Below are positions 1-7,599 of a stretch of 64,000 bases of DNA, in pieces. Where the stretch lies: positions 192,001 to 256,000 of the forward strand of contig CAXXTH010000023.1 of the NCBI GenBank assembly GCA_963668025.2, written 5' to 3'. The DNA comes from Candidatus Hydrogenedentota bacterium. GTDB taxonomy: Bacteria > Hydrogenedentota > Hydrogenedentia > Hydrogenedentales > SLHB01. Within the stretch, counting starts at the first letter, position 1, and the number at the start of each line of letters is the position of its first letter. Under the pieces are notes generated by a model. It did no database searches, was not told where the DNA came from, and worked only from the letters and a program-made list of their open reading frames with translations. A program made the translations under genes and the position numbers.

Positions 1-88
1 CCGCCGCGAAAAACAACAGCACATACAGCACCCGGTCGCGGACGGCTTCTCGGAACGTGTTGCGGGCGACTGCGATGATCCGGTTCAT
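1..88 (-). CDS. ABC transporter permease, 5' part (runs off the window)
   Basis: Manual translation from ATG at 88 gives MNRIIAVARNTFREAVRDRVLYVLLFFAA, a typical ABC-2 type permease N-terminus. ATGA overlap with the stop of the ATP-binding gene. Confidence 0.8.
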   Translation of the reverse strand, partial: MNRIIAVARNTFREAVRDRVLYVLLFFAA

Positions 89-1026
89 GAGCGCGCCTCC
101 TTGCCGCCTTGCTCGCGCATGAAATACTCCTCCAGCGATTCCTTCACGGGTGACAATTCGACGATGCGCCCCCCGCGCGCGAAGGCTTCACGCGCCAGTT
201 GATTGGCTTCATCAAGCCCCGGCATATGAAAATGGCGGCCTGCTTCCGATACGCGCGTGCGCAGCGCCATGGGCGCGAGGGCGTCCACGGCGGCGGCATC
301 AAGCCCATCCAAAATGACCTCCACCTCTTGCACCCGCTGGTCCAGCAATTCATCCAGCCGGCCTTCGGATGTGAGCCGCCCCTTCACCAGAACGCCCACG
401 CGGCTGCAAATCTGTTCGACATCGCTCAATACGTGTGACGAAAAAAACAGCGTCTTGCCTTCAGCATGCAGGCGCAGCATGAGTTCGCGGAACATGCGCC
501 GCCCGAGCGGATCAAGCCCGCTCATAGGCTCGTCCAGTATCAATACCGGCGGGCTGCCCACGAGGGCCACCGCGAACGCGAGGCGCTGGCGCATGCCTTT
601 CGAGAAGCTTCGCACCCGCTGCTCGGCGATAGGGCCAAGCTCCAGCAATTCCGCTAGATGCTTCCATTCCCGCGCCCGCTCATGAGCGGGCATTCCTTGC
701 AGGCTCCCGTAAAAATCCAGCGTTTCGCGCGGCGTTAAGTATTCATAAAAATACGGGTTTTCCGGCAGATAGCCGATGGCGCGGCGAGCCACACGGCGGC
801 GCGCATCCTGGCCGAAGATGTATGCATTCCCGCGCGTCGGGCGCAGCAAGCTGCACAGGATTTTGATCGTGGTCGTTTTACCGGCCCCATTCTGCCCTAA
901 GAAGCCATAGATTTCATTCTCGGCGACGTGCAGATTCAGCCCGGAAAGGGAATGGACGGCGGGGCGTCCTATATGGCCTTTGTAGACCTTGCAGAGATGC
1001 TGCGTGGAAATCACCTCGGAAGCCAT
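85..1026 (-). CDS. ABC transporter ATP-binding protein
   Basis: Walker A GQNGAGKTT, signature FSKGMRQR, Walker B LILDEP, H-loop SSH. Confidence 0.95.
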   Translation of the reverse strand: MASEVISTQHLCKVYKGHIGRPAVHSLSGLNLHVAENEIYGFLGQNGAGKTTTIKILCSLLRPTRGNAYIFGQDARRRVARRAIGYLPENPYFYEYLTPRETLDFYGSLQGMPAHERAREWKHLAELLELGPIAEQRVRSFSKGMRQRLAFAVALVGSPPVLILDEPMSGLDPLGRRMFRELMLRLHAEGKTLFFSSHVLSDVEQICSRVGVLVKGRLTSEGRLDELLDQRVQEVEVILDGLDAAAVDALAPMALRTRVSEAGRHFHMPGLDEANQLAREAFARGGRIVELSPVKESLEEYFMREQGGKEARS

Positions 1027-1053
1027 GCGAAAACCTCATCCATGCGGCTGGCG

Positions 1054-2889
1054 TTATTGAACCACAAAACCTTCTTTTTCCAGTTCCCGTTCGAGGTCCG
1101 CTTTGGATATCCCCGTAAACAGGACCGAGCGCGCGGGGTCCACGCGTTCGAAGAACTTGCCAAATTTGCGCCGGTGCAGCAAATCAGCCATGACCAGCGG
1201 GTCATCCGATTCCAGCAATTGCACGGTGCGCATGCGGACATGCTTGATGCCGCCGCGCCAGCCTTCGAGAGTGGCCATTACATTGGCGGGCAGTTCGCCT
1301 CCCCGGTTATGGGCCAGCAGAAACGCCACAAATGCGCCGCCGTCATGGCCTTCCTGGATGGCCTTGGTGAAGGTCTCTTTGTTGAACCGGTAGACGGCCA
1401 CTTGCCCCGAACTGGCGCGTATGGCGAACTGATCGAGCGGAACGGTCAGCAAAGGATCCATATCTTGAACCGGGACGACGATATCGAAATTAGGCTGCAC
1501 CACGATCTCCGCCTCGCGCTCGGGAAATGCATCCGCCAATGAGCTGAAATCGCCGCCGGACAGCAAGCAATGCCCGAGGGGGCTCAGGCGGAATACGCTT
1601 TCACCGTCCCATTCGCCGCGATCCACCACGCCCATCCAAAGCAAGGTTTCTTCCAGCGAACGGGCCAGGCTCCGTTCCATGTGCGCGGAGACGGATGGAT
1701 TGATGTAGCGCCAATGGCCTCCCGCGTTGCGCAGCACCGGCTGCTCATGCTCGGAGTTCGCCGCCATGACATGCCGGATGAAATCCACGGCGGGATACCA
1801 TGCGCCTGGCCGGAGTTCATCCAGAAAAGAAACCAGCGCGCGCCGGGAATCTTCCTCCCCGCCGCGCTGCATCAGCCAGTCAAAGAGCAAGCGCTGCCGT
1901 TCGATGCGGCTCATGCCAAGCAGCGGCTCGATGCCGCCCGCCCGCAACTCATTGTCCACCCGGGCAATCCAATCCACGCCCTGCGCCACCCACAGGCAGG
2001 TGCTCAGCGGCGGATCTTCGTCTTGCGGGCAAATCTCTTCGAGACGCCGCCGATCTTCGCGGAACAGGTCGCCATCACTCCGCAAGCGCGCGGGATGGGC
2101 CGCCACAGCCGCCACGAGCCGGCATACGCTCTCCGAGAACGCCAGCCCACGGCTGTCGATCTGGCTTGGCTCGCCCCGAAGCGGCTTGAGCGCCTTTTCT
2201 TGTTTCCGATGGGCGGAGCCTGCCTCACGCCACTGGCGAATCTCCGATAACAGCGCCACGGCGCGCACCAGGCGCTCCTCCGAATCGAAGCGGAATAACT
2301 CGAATAGGGCAAGGCCCTGGACTAATTCGGCAAGCGCCTGCTCGACCTCATATTCCGAGCCGCCATGCTCGGTGCGCAGCACGGAAGCAGGCAGAATGCC
2401 GTCTTCCGATTGCCAAACCACGTCGAAAACCTCTTGCGCGGCCGTCGAGAATCCGCGCGTCGCCACATATTCGATGACGGTTTCCGGGTGGATGTAATAC
2501 CGCTCGACCAATTCCTCCGCCGCGGCTTTCTTGCCGCCGGGGCGTTCGATGCCCACTTGCTCCTCGATGCGCCGGAACTCGTGGGGATTGAGCGTCTTGA
2601 GCAGGCGGAACAGGGATGGAATATCGCCATGGTTTTCCAGGCCCTCGGCGATGCGCTTGATGGCCCCCGCGCCTTCCGCCACAAGCTTCACCTTGGTGAG
2701 GTCCAAGAAAAAGAGCTGATGGTTAATATCCACCAGATATTCGATTTCTTCCTCGGGAACCTCGATTTTCTTGGCCAGAAATCGCACCGTAAGGCCCGAA
2801 CGGCTGTTCAAGGCGAGTTCCTGGCCAATACGAAACGCGGGACGGCTCATCCCCTCGAGCGAAGTAATTAGACTTGCTGCGTGCCGCAT
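1054..2889 (-). CDS. Helicase-associated (Helicase_C_3 / XPB N-terminal-like) domain protein
   Basis: C-terminal IVVQPNFDIVVP...DQFA...VAVYRFNKETFTKAIQEG...FLLAH...LPANVMATLEGW resembles the Helicase_C_3 domain. Start moved to ATG 2889, which has GAGGTG upstream. No helicase Walker motifs seen. Confidence 0.75.
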   Translation of the reverse strand: MRHAASLITSLEGMSRPAFRIGQELALNSRSGLTVRFLAKKIEVPEEEIEYLVDINHQLFFLDLTKVKLVAEGAGAIKRIAEGLENHGDIPSLFRLLKTLNPHEFRRIEEQVGIERPGGKKAAAEELVERYYIHPETVIEYVATRGFSTAAQEVFDVVWQSEDGILPASVLRTEHGGSEYEVEQALAELVQGLALFELFRFDSEERLVRAVALLSEIRQWREAGSAHRKQEKALKPLRGEPSQIDSRGLAFSESVCRLVAAVAAHPARLRSDGDLFREDRRRLEEICPQDEDPPLSTCLWVAQGVDWIARVDNELRAGGIEPLLGMSRIERQRLLFDWLMQRGGEEDSRRALVSFLDELRPGAWYPAVDFIRHVMAANSEHEQPVLRNAGGHWRYINPSVSAHMERSLARSLEETLLWMGVVDRGEWDGESVFRLSPLGHCLLSGGDFSSLADAFPEREAEIVVQPNFDIVVPVQDMDPLLTVPLDQFAIRASSGQVAVYRFNKETFTKAIQEGHDGGAFVAFLLAHNRGGELPANVMATLEGWRGGIKHVRMRTVQLLESDDPLVMADLLHRRKFGKFFERVDPARSVLFTGISKADLERELEKEGFVVQ

Positions 2890-2946
2890 CCACCCACCTC
2901 GGTTTAGCCATACCCCTATAACGTGCGAAAAATGTAAATAAACTAC

Positions 2947-2975
2947 AGTATATCGCACAAAAACCTTGGTGGCAA
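2947..2975 (-). promoter_or_regulatory. Putative sigma70 promoter
   Basis: TTGCCA-17 bp-TATACT on the minus strand upstream of ATG 2889. Confidence 0.6.
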
Positions 2976-3066
2976 GGGGGTTTTGCATTAATTTCACGTA
3001 AAGAGGGAATTATACTAGTGAAAGTGGCCCAAAATGATCTGGCCATGGCCAAAGATCCGGATTCTG

Positions 3067-3199
3067 AACCACTAATAAACACCAAAGCTCTCCAATAATA
3101 CCCGTTCTGCTTTTCCACCGATTACACTGATGATGCCCAGAAAAAGTGCATAGCAGGAATGCCGCTTCCCATTGGTTTTGATTGGCGCTATTCGTGGTT
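3067..3199. repeat. Inverted pair of triple-repeat sites
   Basis: aaccactaataaacaccaaagctctccaat (3067-3096) versus the reverse complement of 3171-3199, aaccacgaatagcgccaatcaaaaccaat. Confidence 0.6.
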
Positions 3200-3204
3200 G
3201 GGAA

Positions 3205-3226
3205 GTAGGGTGGGGCTTGCCCCACC
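3205..3226 (+). repeat. REP-like palindrome, family 1 (GTAG-GGTGGGGCTTGCCCCACC)
   Basis: GTAG tetranucleotide followed by a GC-rich hairpin. Further copies at 5690, 25969 and 38725. Confidence 0.85.
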
Positions 3227-3517
3227 GCCCATGGATACACCTATATATACTTGGACATATCTATTTGTTATGGAAACATTTCTCAGGAAAACCCTTGCAA
3301 GAAAAGGGTGCAGCTCTGTTATTACCGCTCCATTCGCCTTGCCGAGAGATAGCCGCAACTTATTTGGAGCCGTTCTTGGGCGCACGGATGAACCAACATA
3401 CATGGTGGATTTGCCCCACCGGCTAATAGCATCCGTTCTATAAAACCCCGTAAACTACCTCCTTGTCATTCCCGCGAAAGCGGGAATCCAGTGCAAATTC
3501 TCTGGATCCCCGCGTTC

Positions 3518-5356
3518 GGGCCTGTCGATTAAGCAGCCGCCTCGATAGGGTATATCTCCACCGCATCGACAGGAATGCGCCGGGGATGCCGATTCGACGT
3601 TATTCGTGGGAAAAAAGCATAGGCTACGGCTCTAGCTGCGGCATGAAGCCCCGCCAGGACCGTGTTTACGCCAGGATGGCCGCCTTGGGGGAAGCCGGTG
3701 GCCATGTTTGCCTTGCGGGCCAGAAGTTTTTTGAGGGTATACGCGGTGCAAATCCAGGACCAGTCGCACCGGACTTTCTCCAGGCCGCGCCGGGCGAAGC
3801 GGCGGATGCCCATGCACGACTTGATGACGCCGAACAATCCTTCGATCCCCGGGGCGCGTTTCTTGTAGATGGCCCGGCCTTCTTCGGTCTTCATGCGCTC
3901 GTCCGCGGCCTCGCGCAGCGGTTCGTGTTCGTCGCGGGTGATGGTCCGGTGCGTGGCCTTTCCTTTGATGCATTGCCCCGCCAGCGGGCAGCCGGGGCAG
4001 GCTTCGCATTGGTAGGTGGCGTATGAAACGCCGTCTTTGTCCGTGCCGTGTTTCGAGGCCGCCATCTCGTGGCCCATGGGGCAATGGTAGGAGTCGGCTT
4101 GTTCGTCGTACACAAATGCGGTGCGGGCGAACTGGCCGCCTTGTTTGGGCAGGCGTTCCACCGCTTCTTGGGCCACGGGAAGCGCGGGCTCGGGGCGTTG
4201 AGCCGGATTGTCCGCCCCAGAGGCCGAGCGGGTGGGCATGTAGGCCTCTATCCCTTGGGCCTCAAGGGCTTCGAGCACTTGGCCCGCGGCAAAATTGCCG
4301 TCGGCGGCGATTGCGCAAGGCTTCTCGCCCGTAAGGGCTTCAACGGCCTCCACCGCCGGGCAAACGGCGCTGGCCTCGTCGGAACCCGCCAGCACATCAT
4401 CATAGAGGATAGCGCCTGTTTGCGCGTCAATCGCGGCCACGGGGGTGTAATTCGGCGCGTAGCCCCCTTCTTTGTTGGGGGTGATTTGGGAGTCCGGATC
4501 GCTCACGGGCACTCGGACGGGTTTGGCGTTCTTGCCATTGTGCTCTTGGGACTTCGCGTCTCGCCTGCGGGCGGCGTCGAGGGCTTTTTGAAGCTGTTTG
4601 CGTTTCGTTTCGAGCCGCGCGATTTCCTGGCTGGCCTTTTCCAACTGTTCCGCAACGTCTCCATCCGGCTCCATGCCCGCCAGAAACTCGGTTTCAGGAA
4701 GGGCTTGGGCATCATTGCGCCGCATTTCCTCCATCCGGCGGTCCAGTTCCCTTATAATCTTCTCGATGGTCCCGGCCGTGCGCGCCCCGTGGCGGTCGCT
4801 GTCGGCCCGCAAACGGGTGCCGTCGATGAGCAATTCCAATAGCGGCTTCTCGCGCTCACCTAGCAGGAGCTGGGCGATTTGCCGCTTCAACTCGTCGATG
4901 GCTTTGGCGTGGCGCACCCGGAATTTGGCGAACGTGGAGTGATCGGGCGTGAACCCTTCAAGGAACCATATGAAATCCAGGTGCTTGCACGCCGCCATTT
5001 CCAGCTCGCGCGACGAACGCACGCGGTGCATCAGCCCGTACAGGATAGCTCCCGCCAGGTAATGTGGATGGATCGGCGGCTGGCCAACGCCCACATAGGC
5101 AGCCTCCCAAGCGCTCCAATCCAGTTCATCCAAAATCCGTGCGAATATCCGGATGGGCGCATCCGCCGGGAGCATCTCGTCCAGATACTGGGGATACAGC
5201 ACCATTTGATGCCGCTGCGCCTTCGGAGTGGCGAATAGAATGTCTCGTGCGTTCATGTGGGTTTCCCTGGTGACACCAATAATAAATTCTATTCTACTAG
5301 AAATCGAGTTATATGTCTATATAAATTCTACCCCGGCGCACTACATCGACAGGCCC
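3518..5356 (-). mobile_element. IS1182-family insertion sequence, complete
   Basis: 12-bp perfect terminal IR GGGCCTGTCGAT (3518-3529 and 5345-5356). 4-bp target duplication GTTC (3514-3517 and 5357-5360). Confidence 0.92.
3529..5256 (-). CDS. IS1182-family DDE transposase
   Basis: N-terminal GQPPIHP...LYG...SSRELE...PDHSTFAKFR (DUF772-like), IDGTRLRA, ADGNF, Cys cluster CPMG...CEACPGCPLAGQC, YKKRAPGIEGLFGVIK. Confidence 0.93.
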   Translation of the reverse strand: MNARDILFATPKAQRHQMVLYPQYLDEMLPADAPIRIFARILDELDWSAWEAAYVGVGQPPIHPHYLAGAILYGLMHRVRSSRELEMAACKHLDFIWFLEGFTPDHSTFAKFRVRHAKAIDELKRQIAQLLLGEREKPLLELLIDGTRLRADSDRHGARTAGTIEKIIRELDRRMEEMRRNDAQALPETEFLAGMEPDGDVAEQLEKASQEIARLETKRKQLQKALDAARRRDAKSQEHNGKNAKPVRVPVSDPDSQITPNKEGGYAPNYTPVAAIDAQTGAILYDDVLAGSDEASAVCPAVEAVEALTGEKPCAIAADGNFAAGQVLEALEAQGIEAYMPTRSASGADNPAQRPEPALPVAQEAVERLPKQGGQFARTAFVYDEQADSYHCPMGHEMAASKHGTDKDGVSYATYQCEACPGCPLAGQCIKGKATHRTITRDEHEPLREAADERMKTEEGRAIYKKRAPGIEGLFGVIKSCMGIRRFARRGLEKVRCDWSWICTAYTLKKLLARKANMATGFPQGGHPGVNTVLAGLHAAARAVAYAFFPRITSNRHPRRIPVDAVEIYPIEAAA

Positions 5357-5689
5357 GTTCGCGGGGATGACAGGCAGGCGGTTTTGCGTTATTTCTTCAA
5401 TACGTACACATGATAATTCTTCCAGGAGCGGTAATAACAGAGTTACACCCTAAGAAAACAACGTTTTACCAGATAGTACGAAGCAAAAAAACGGTATGAT
5501 CATTGCCAATGTTTGCCTCTCGAAACGGTGTTCAGTCCATGATATGGTGAATAGCGTCTACAGAAAAACCTCGTACTACTAACAAACAATATCTTGTTTT
5601 CTTGCATATATTTTCTGTGTAAGTCAAATAGAATCAAATTGTTATAGCATACCTTTTAAATAGTGCATTAGTTGGCTCTTCCTTTGATT

Positions 5690-5782
5690 GGTGGGGCAAG
5701 CCCCACCCTACCCCTCGAAATTTTAGTGTGTTTAGTGTATTTCGTGGTTAAATCTGGATCTTTGGTTGCGGCTATGCCGCGC
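5690..5782 (-). repeat. Composite repeat: REP family 1, triple 9-mer, and TTTGGTTGCGGCTATGCCGCGC hairpin
   Basis: Same order and nearly the same sequence as 25969-26058. Confidence 0.85.
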
Positions 5783-5883
5783 TAGGTTCGTAGTGAAAAA
5801 TCCGGCTCTTCAAATTCTGATAAAATGAACCGCTACATGGTAGTCTCCCCAAAAAGGGTGTCCCAAAGGGACAACCCGCCACA

Positions 5884-5913
5884 ACAAAGCGAAGCGGCCT
5901 CAATGAGGCCGCT
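5884..5913 (-). terminator. Probable intrinsic terminator of the surface-protein/pilin operon
   Basis: Hairpin agcggcctc-att-gaggccgct followed by tcgctttgtt on the minus strand, just after the stop at 5942. Confidence 0.5.
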
Positions 5914-5941
5914 CAAGTATTGCGCTATATGCTTGCGCACG

Positions 5942-7030
5942 TTATCCCTCTTGATTGAAGATCACCGGGCCGAAACCGCGCGTGCCATCCGGCAGGAGCG
6001 TCAGATCAGTTTCCGGAGTGACGGATACCGAATTCAGGCTGTTGGCCTCTTTCTTGCGCCGCGCCTGGTAATCGAAATCAAATTTGCCGTTGCCGTCCGC
6101 ATCGCGCGTGGCCAGGTAATAGGTGCGCAACGCAAGGGCCTGATACGGGCTGGCTTTAGCGTCATTAGTAGGCAGCGAATCGATAAATTTTTTTTCTAGC
6201 GATGTGGTGCTTGCCGCAGTAAGATCCGGTGACTCAAGCCCAGCAAATGAGCCTTGCGGCCCTGCCGATATCAGCACATAGGCATCGTAACGCGGCGCAA
6301 CCAAAGTCTTAATGTATTTACCCAAATTGCCGTTTGTTTGATCAACTTCCTCGCCTCTGGGCCAGATACTGCCATTCCAGCCATAATAATTGGTGGTGCC
6401 TTCGACAGTAAAGTCGGGTTTTAGCTTAATAAGCCCTTCCAGGCGCTTGAACGTATCGATATTCACCGGAGCATACAGATAGGGAAGATCACCTTCTTCA
6501 TAATCTTGGTAGTTGGAAGTAGGATAGATTTTAAATAAATGATCATTCTTCGGGTTGTTATTGACGAAACTCATGAACGGCTCTACGGGAGAGTACTGCA
6601 ATCGGGGAATAACCTTAGGCAATTGCAATAAGTCGCTATACCGGTCATATTGCTCTGTCGAGCCATACAGGTTTAGCGCGCCCATATAGGGGATGAAGTT
6701 GTACATCAACGGGCTGTTTGTATTGTTCCACGTGACACCGTTTTTATCCGTTCCGCCAACCCACTTATGGGTGGTTGTATTAAACGTGGGCTGGGTTTCA
6801 TGGGAATACCAGGTCCGGAAGCCGTAGGCAAGCGGATAGGTATTGTTTTCGGCGTAATAGGCGGCCATGCCGTTGCGGATCGAGTTGAAGTCCGCGGTGA
6901 CATCCGCGAGATTGGCCCGCTCGATGACTCCCGGCAATGCGGAAGCGGTGATGCCCGCCAAGATGGCGATAATGGCGATCACGGTGAGCAGCTCGATGAG
7001 CGTGAAACCGTAGGTGCGGCGAGTTCTCAT
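5942..7030 (-). CDS. Prepilin-type N-terminal cleavage/methylation domain protein (pilin/pseudopilin-like)
   Basis: MRTRRTYG|FTLIELLTVIAIIAILAG class III signal. GGAGG ribosome-binding site upstream. Confidence 0.9.
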   Translation of the reverse strand: MRTRRTYGFTLIELLTVIAIIAILAGITASALPGVIERANLADVTADFNSIRNGMAAYYAENNTYPLAYGFRTWYSHETQPTFNTTTHKWVGGTDKNGVTWNNTNSPLMYNFIPYMGALNLYGSTEQYDRYSDLLQLPKVIPRLQYSPVEPFMSFVNNNPKNDHLFKIYPTSNYQDYEEGDLPYLYAPVNIDTFKRLEGLIKLKPDFTVEGTTNYYGWNGSIWPRGEEVDQTNGNLGKYIKTLVAPRYDAYVLISAGPQGSFAGLESPDLTAASTTSLEKKFIDSLPTNDAKASPYQALALRTYYLATRDADGNGKFDFDYQARRKKEANSLNSVSVTPETDLTLLPDGTRGFGPVIFNQEG

Positions 7031-7138
7031 GGGTAATTAACCTCCAATTGGGACAAGGCGGCGCTTCGCGCGCCACACCGGCCCCCGCTACACGGCATGC
7101 ATGCAGGAAGGCCGCTGGCCCGCCTGCCGCGCCGCCGA

Positions 7139-7519
7139 TTAATTTAAGGCGCGCTTATATGCGGCCAACAGGAAAGCTCCACCCAGGAGCAGGACGATGG
7201 AAAGCGGGGCCCATGCCAGCGGGACCGCCTTGCCGTCTTTTGTCGTGCCGCCTTCGAGCCAATTCTGGACCAGCTTGGCGTCGAGCAGGTTCACAATGCC
7301 GTCTTCATTGACATCGGCGGACCAGAAACTGCCTTCCGGCAACACGGCGGCCCCAACGGCTACCTGGTTGATGAGTTTCACATCGGCGGAAGTCACCACG
7401 CCATCCGCGTTGGCGTCGCCCTTCAATGCGCCGATCGGCGCATTGTCAGCCGCGCAGGCCATGCCCGCAAATCCCATCACCAACATGCCCGCCAGCAATA
7501 CGATCCCAATCTTGCCCAT
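7139..7519 (-). CDS. Small secreted dockerin-domain protein with C-terminal TM anchor/sorting signal
   Basis: Signal peptide; paired dockerin repeats GDANADGVVTSAD and ADVNEDGIVNLLD; tail VPLAWAPLSIVLLLGGAFLLAAYKR. Start set at ATG 7519 (GAGGAG upstream). Confidence 0.85.
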   Translation of the reverse strand: MGKIGIVLLAGMLVMGFAGMACAADNAPIGALKGDANADGVVTSADVKLINQVAVGAAVLPEGSFWSADVNEDGIVNLLDAKLVQNWLEGGTTKDGKAVPLAWAPLSIVLLLGGAFLLAAYKRALN

Positions 7520-7599
7520 CGCTGCATTACTCCTCGGTTTAGTATGCATTACCTATCGCTATTCCGGCGCACGGTGCAGCCGCGCGCCGGATTCGAGCC

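Larger units (their letters stand above)
3465..5371. repeat. Inverted palindrome doublet (ATTCCC-N8-GGGAAT type) interrupted by IS1182
   Basis: gtcattcccgcgaaagcgggaatcca (3465-3490) and tggatccccgcgttc[IS]gcggggatgac (3503-3517 plus 5361-5371). Confidence 0.85.
3305..5451. mobile_element. MITE-like element (about 304 bp once the nested IS is removed)
   Basis: 27-bp terminal inverted repeats AGGGTG(C/T)A(G/A)CTCTGTTATTACCGCTCC at 3305-3331 and 5425-5451 (2 mismatches), flanked by direct repeat AAGAAA at 3299-3304 and 5452-5457. Confidence 0.8.
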
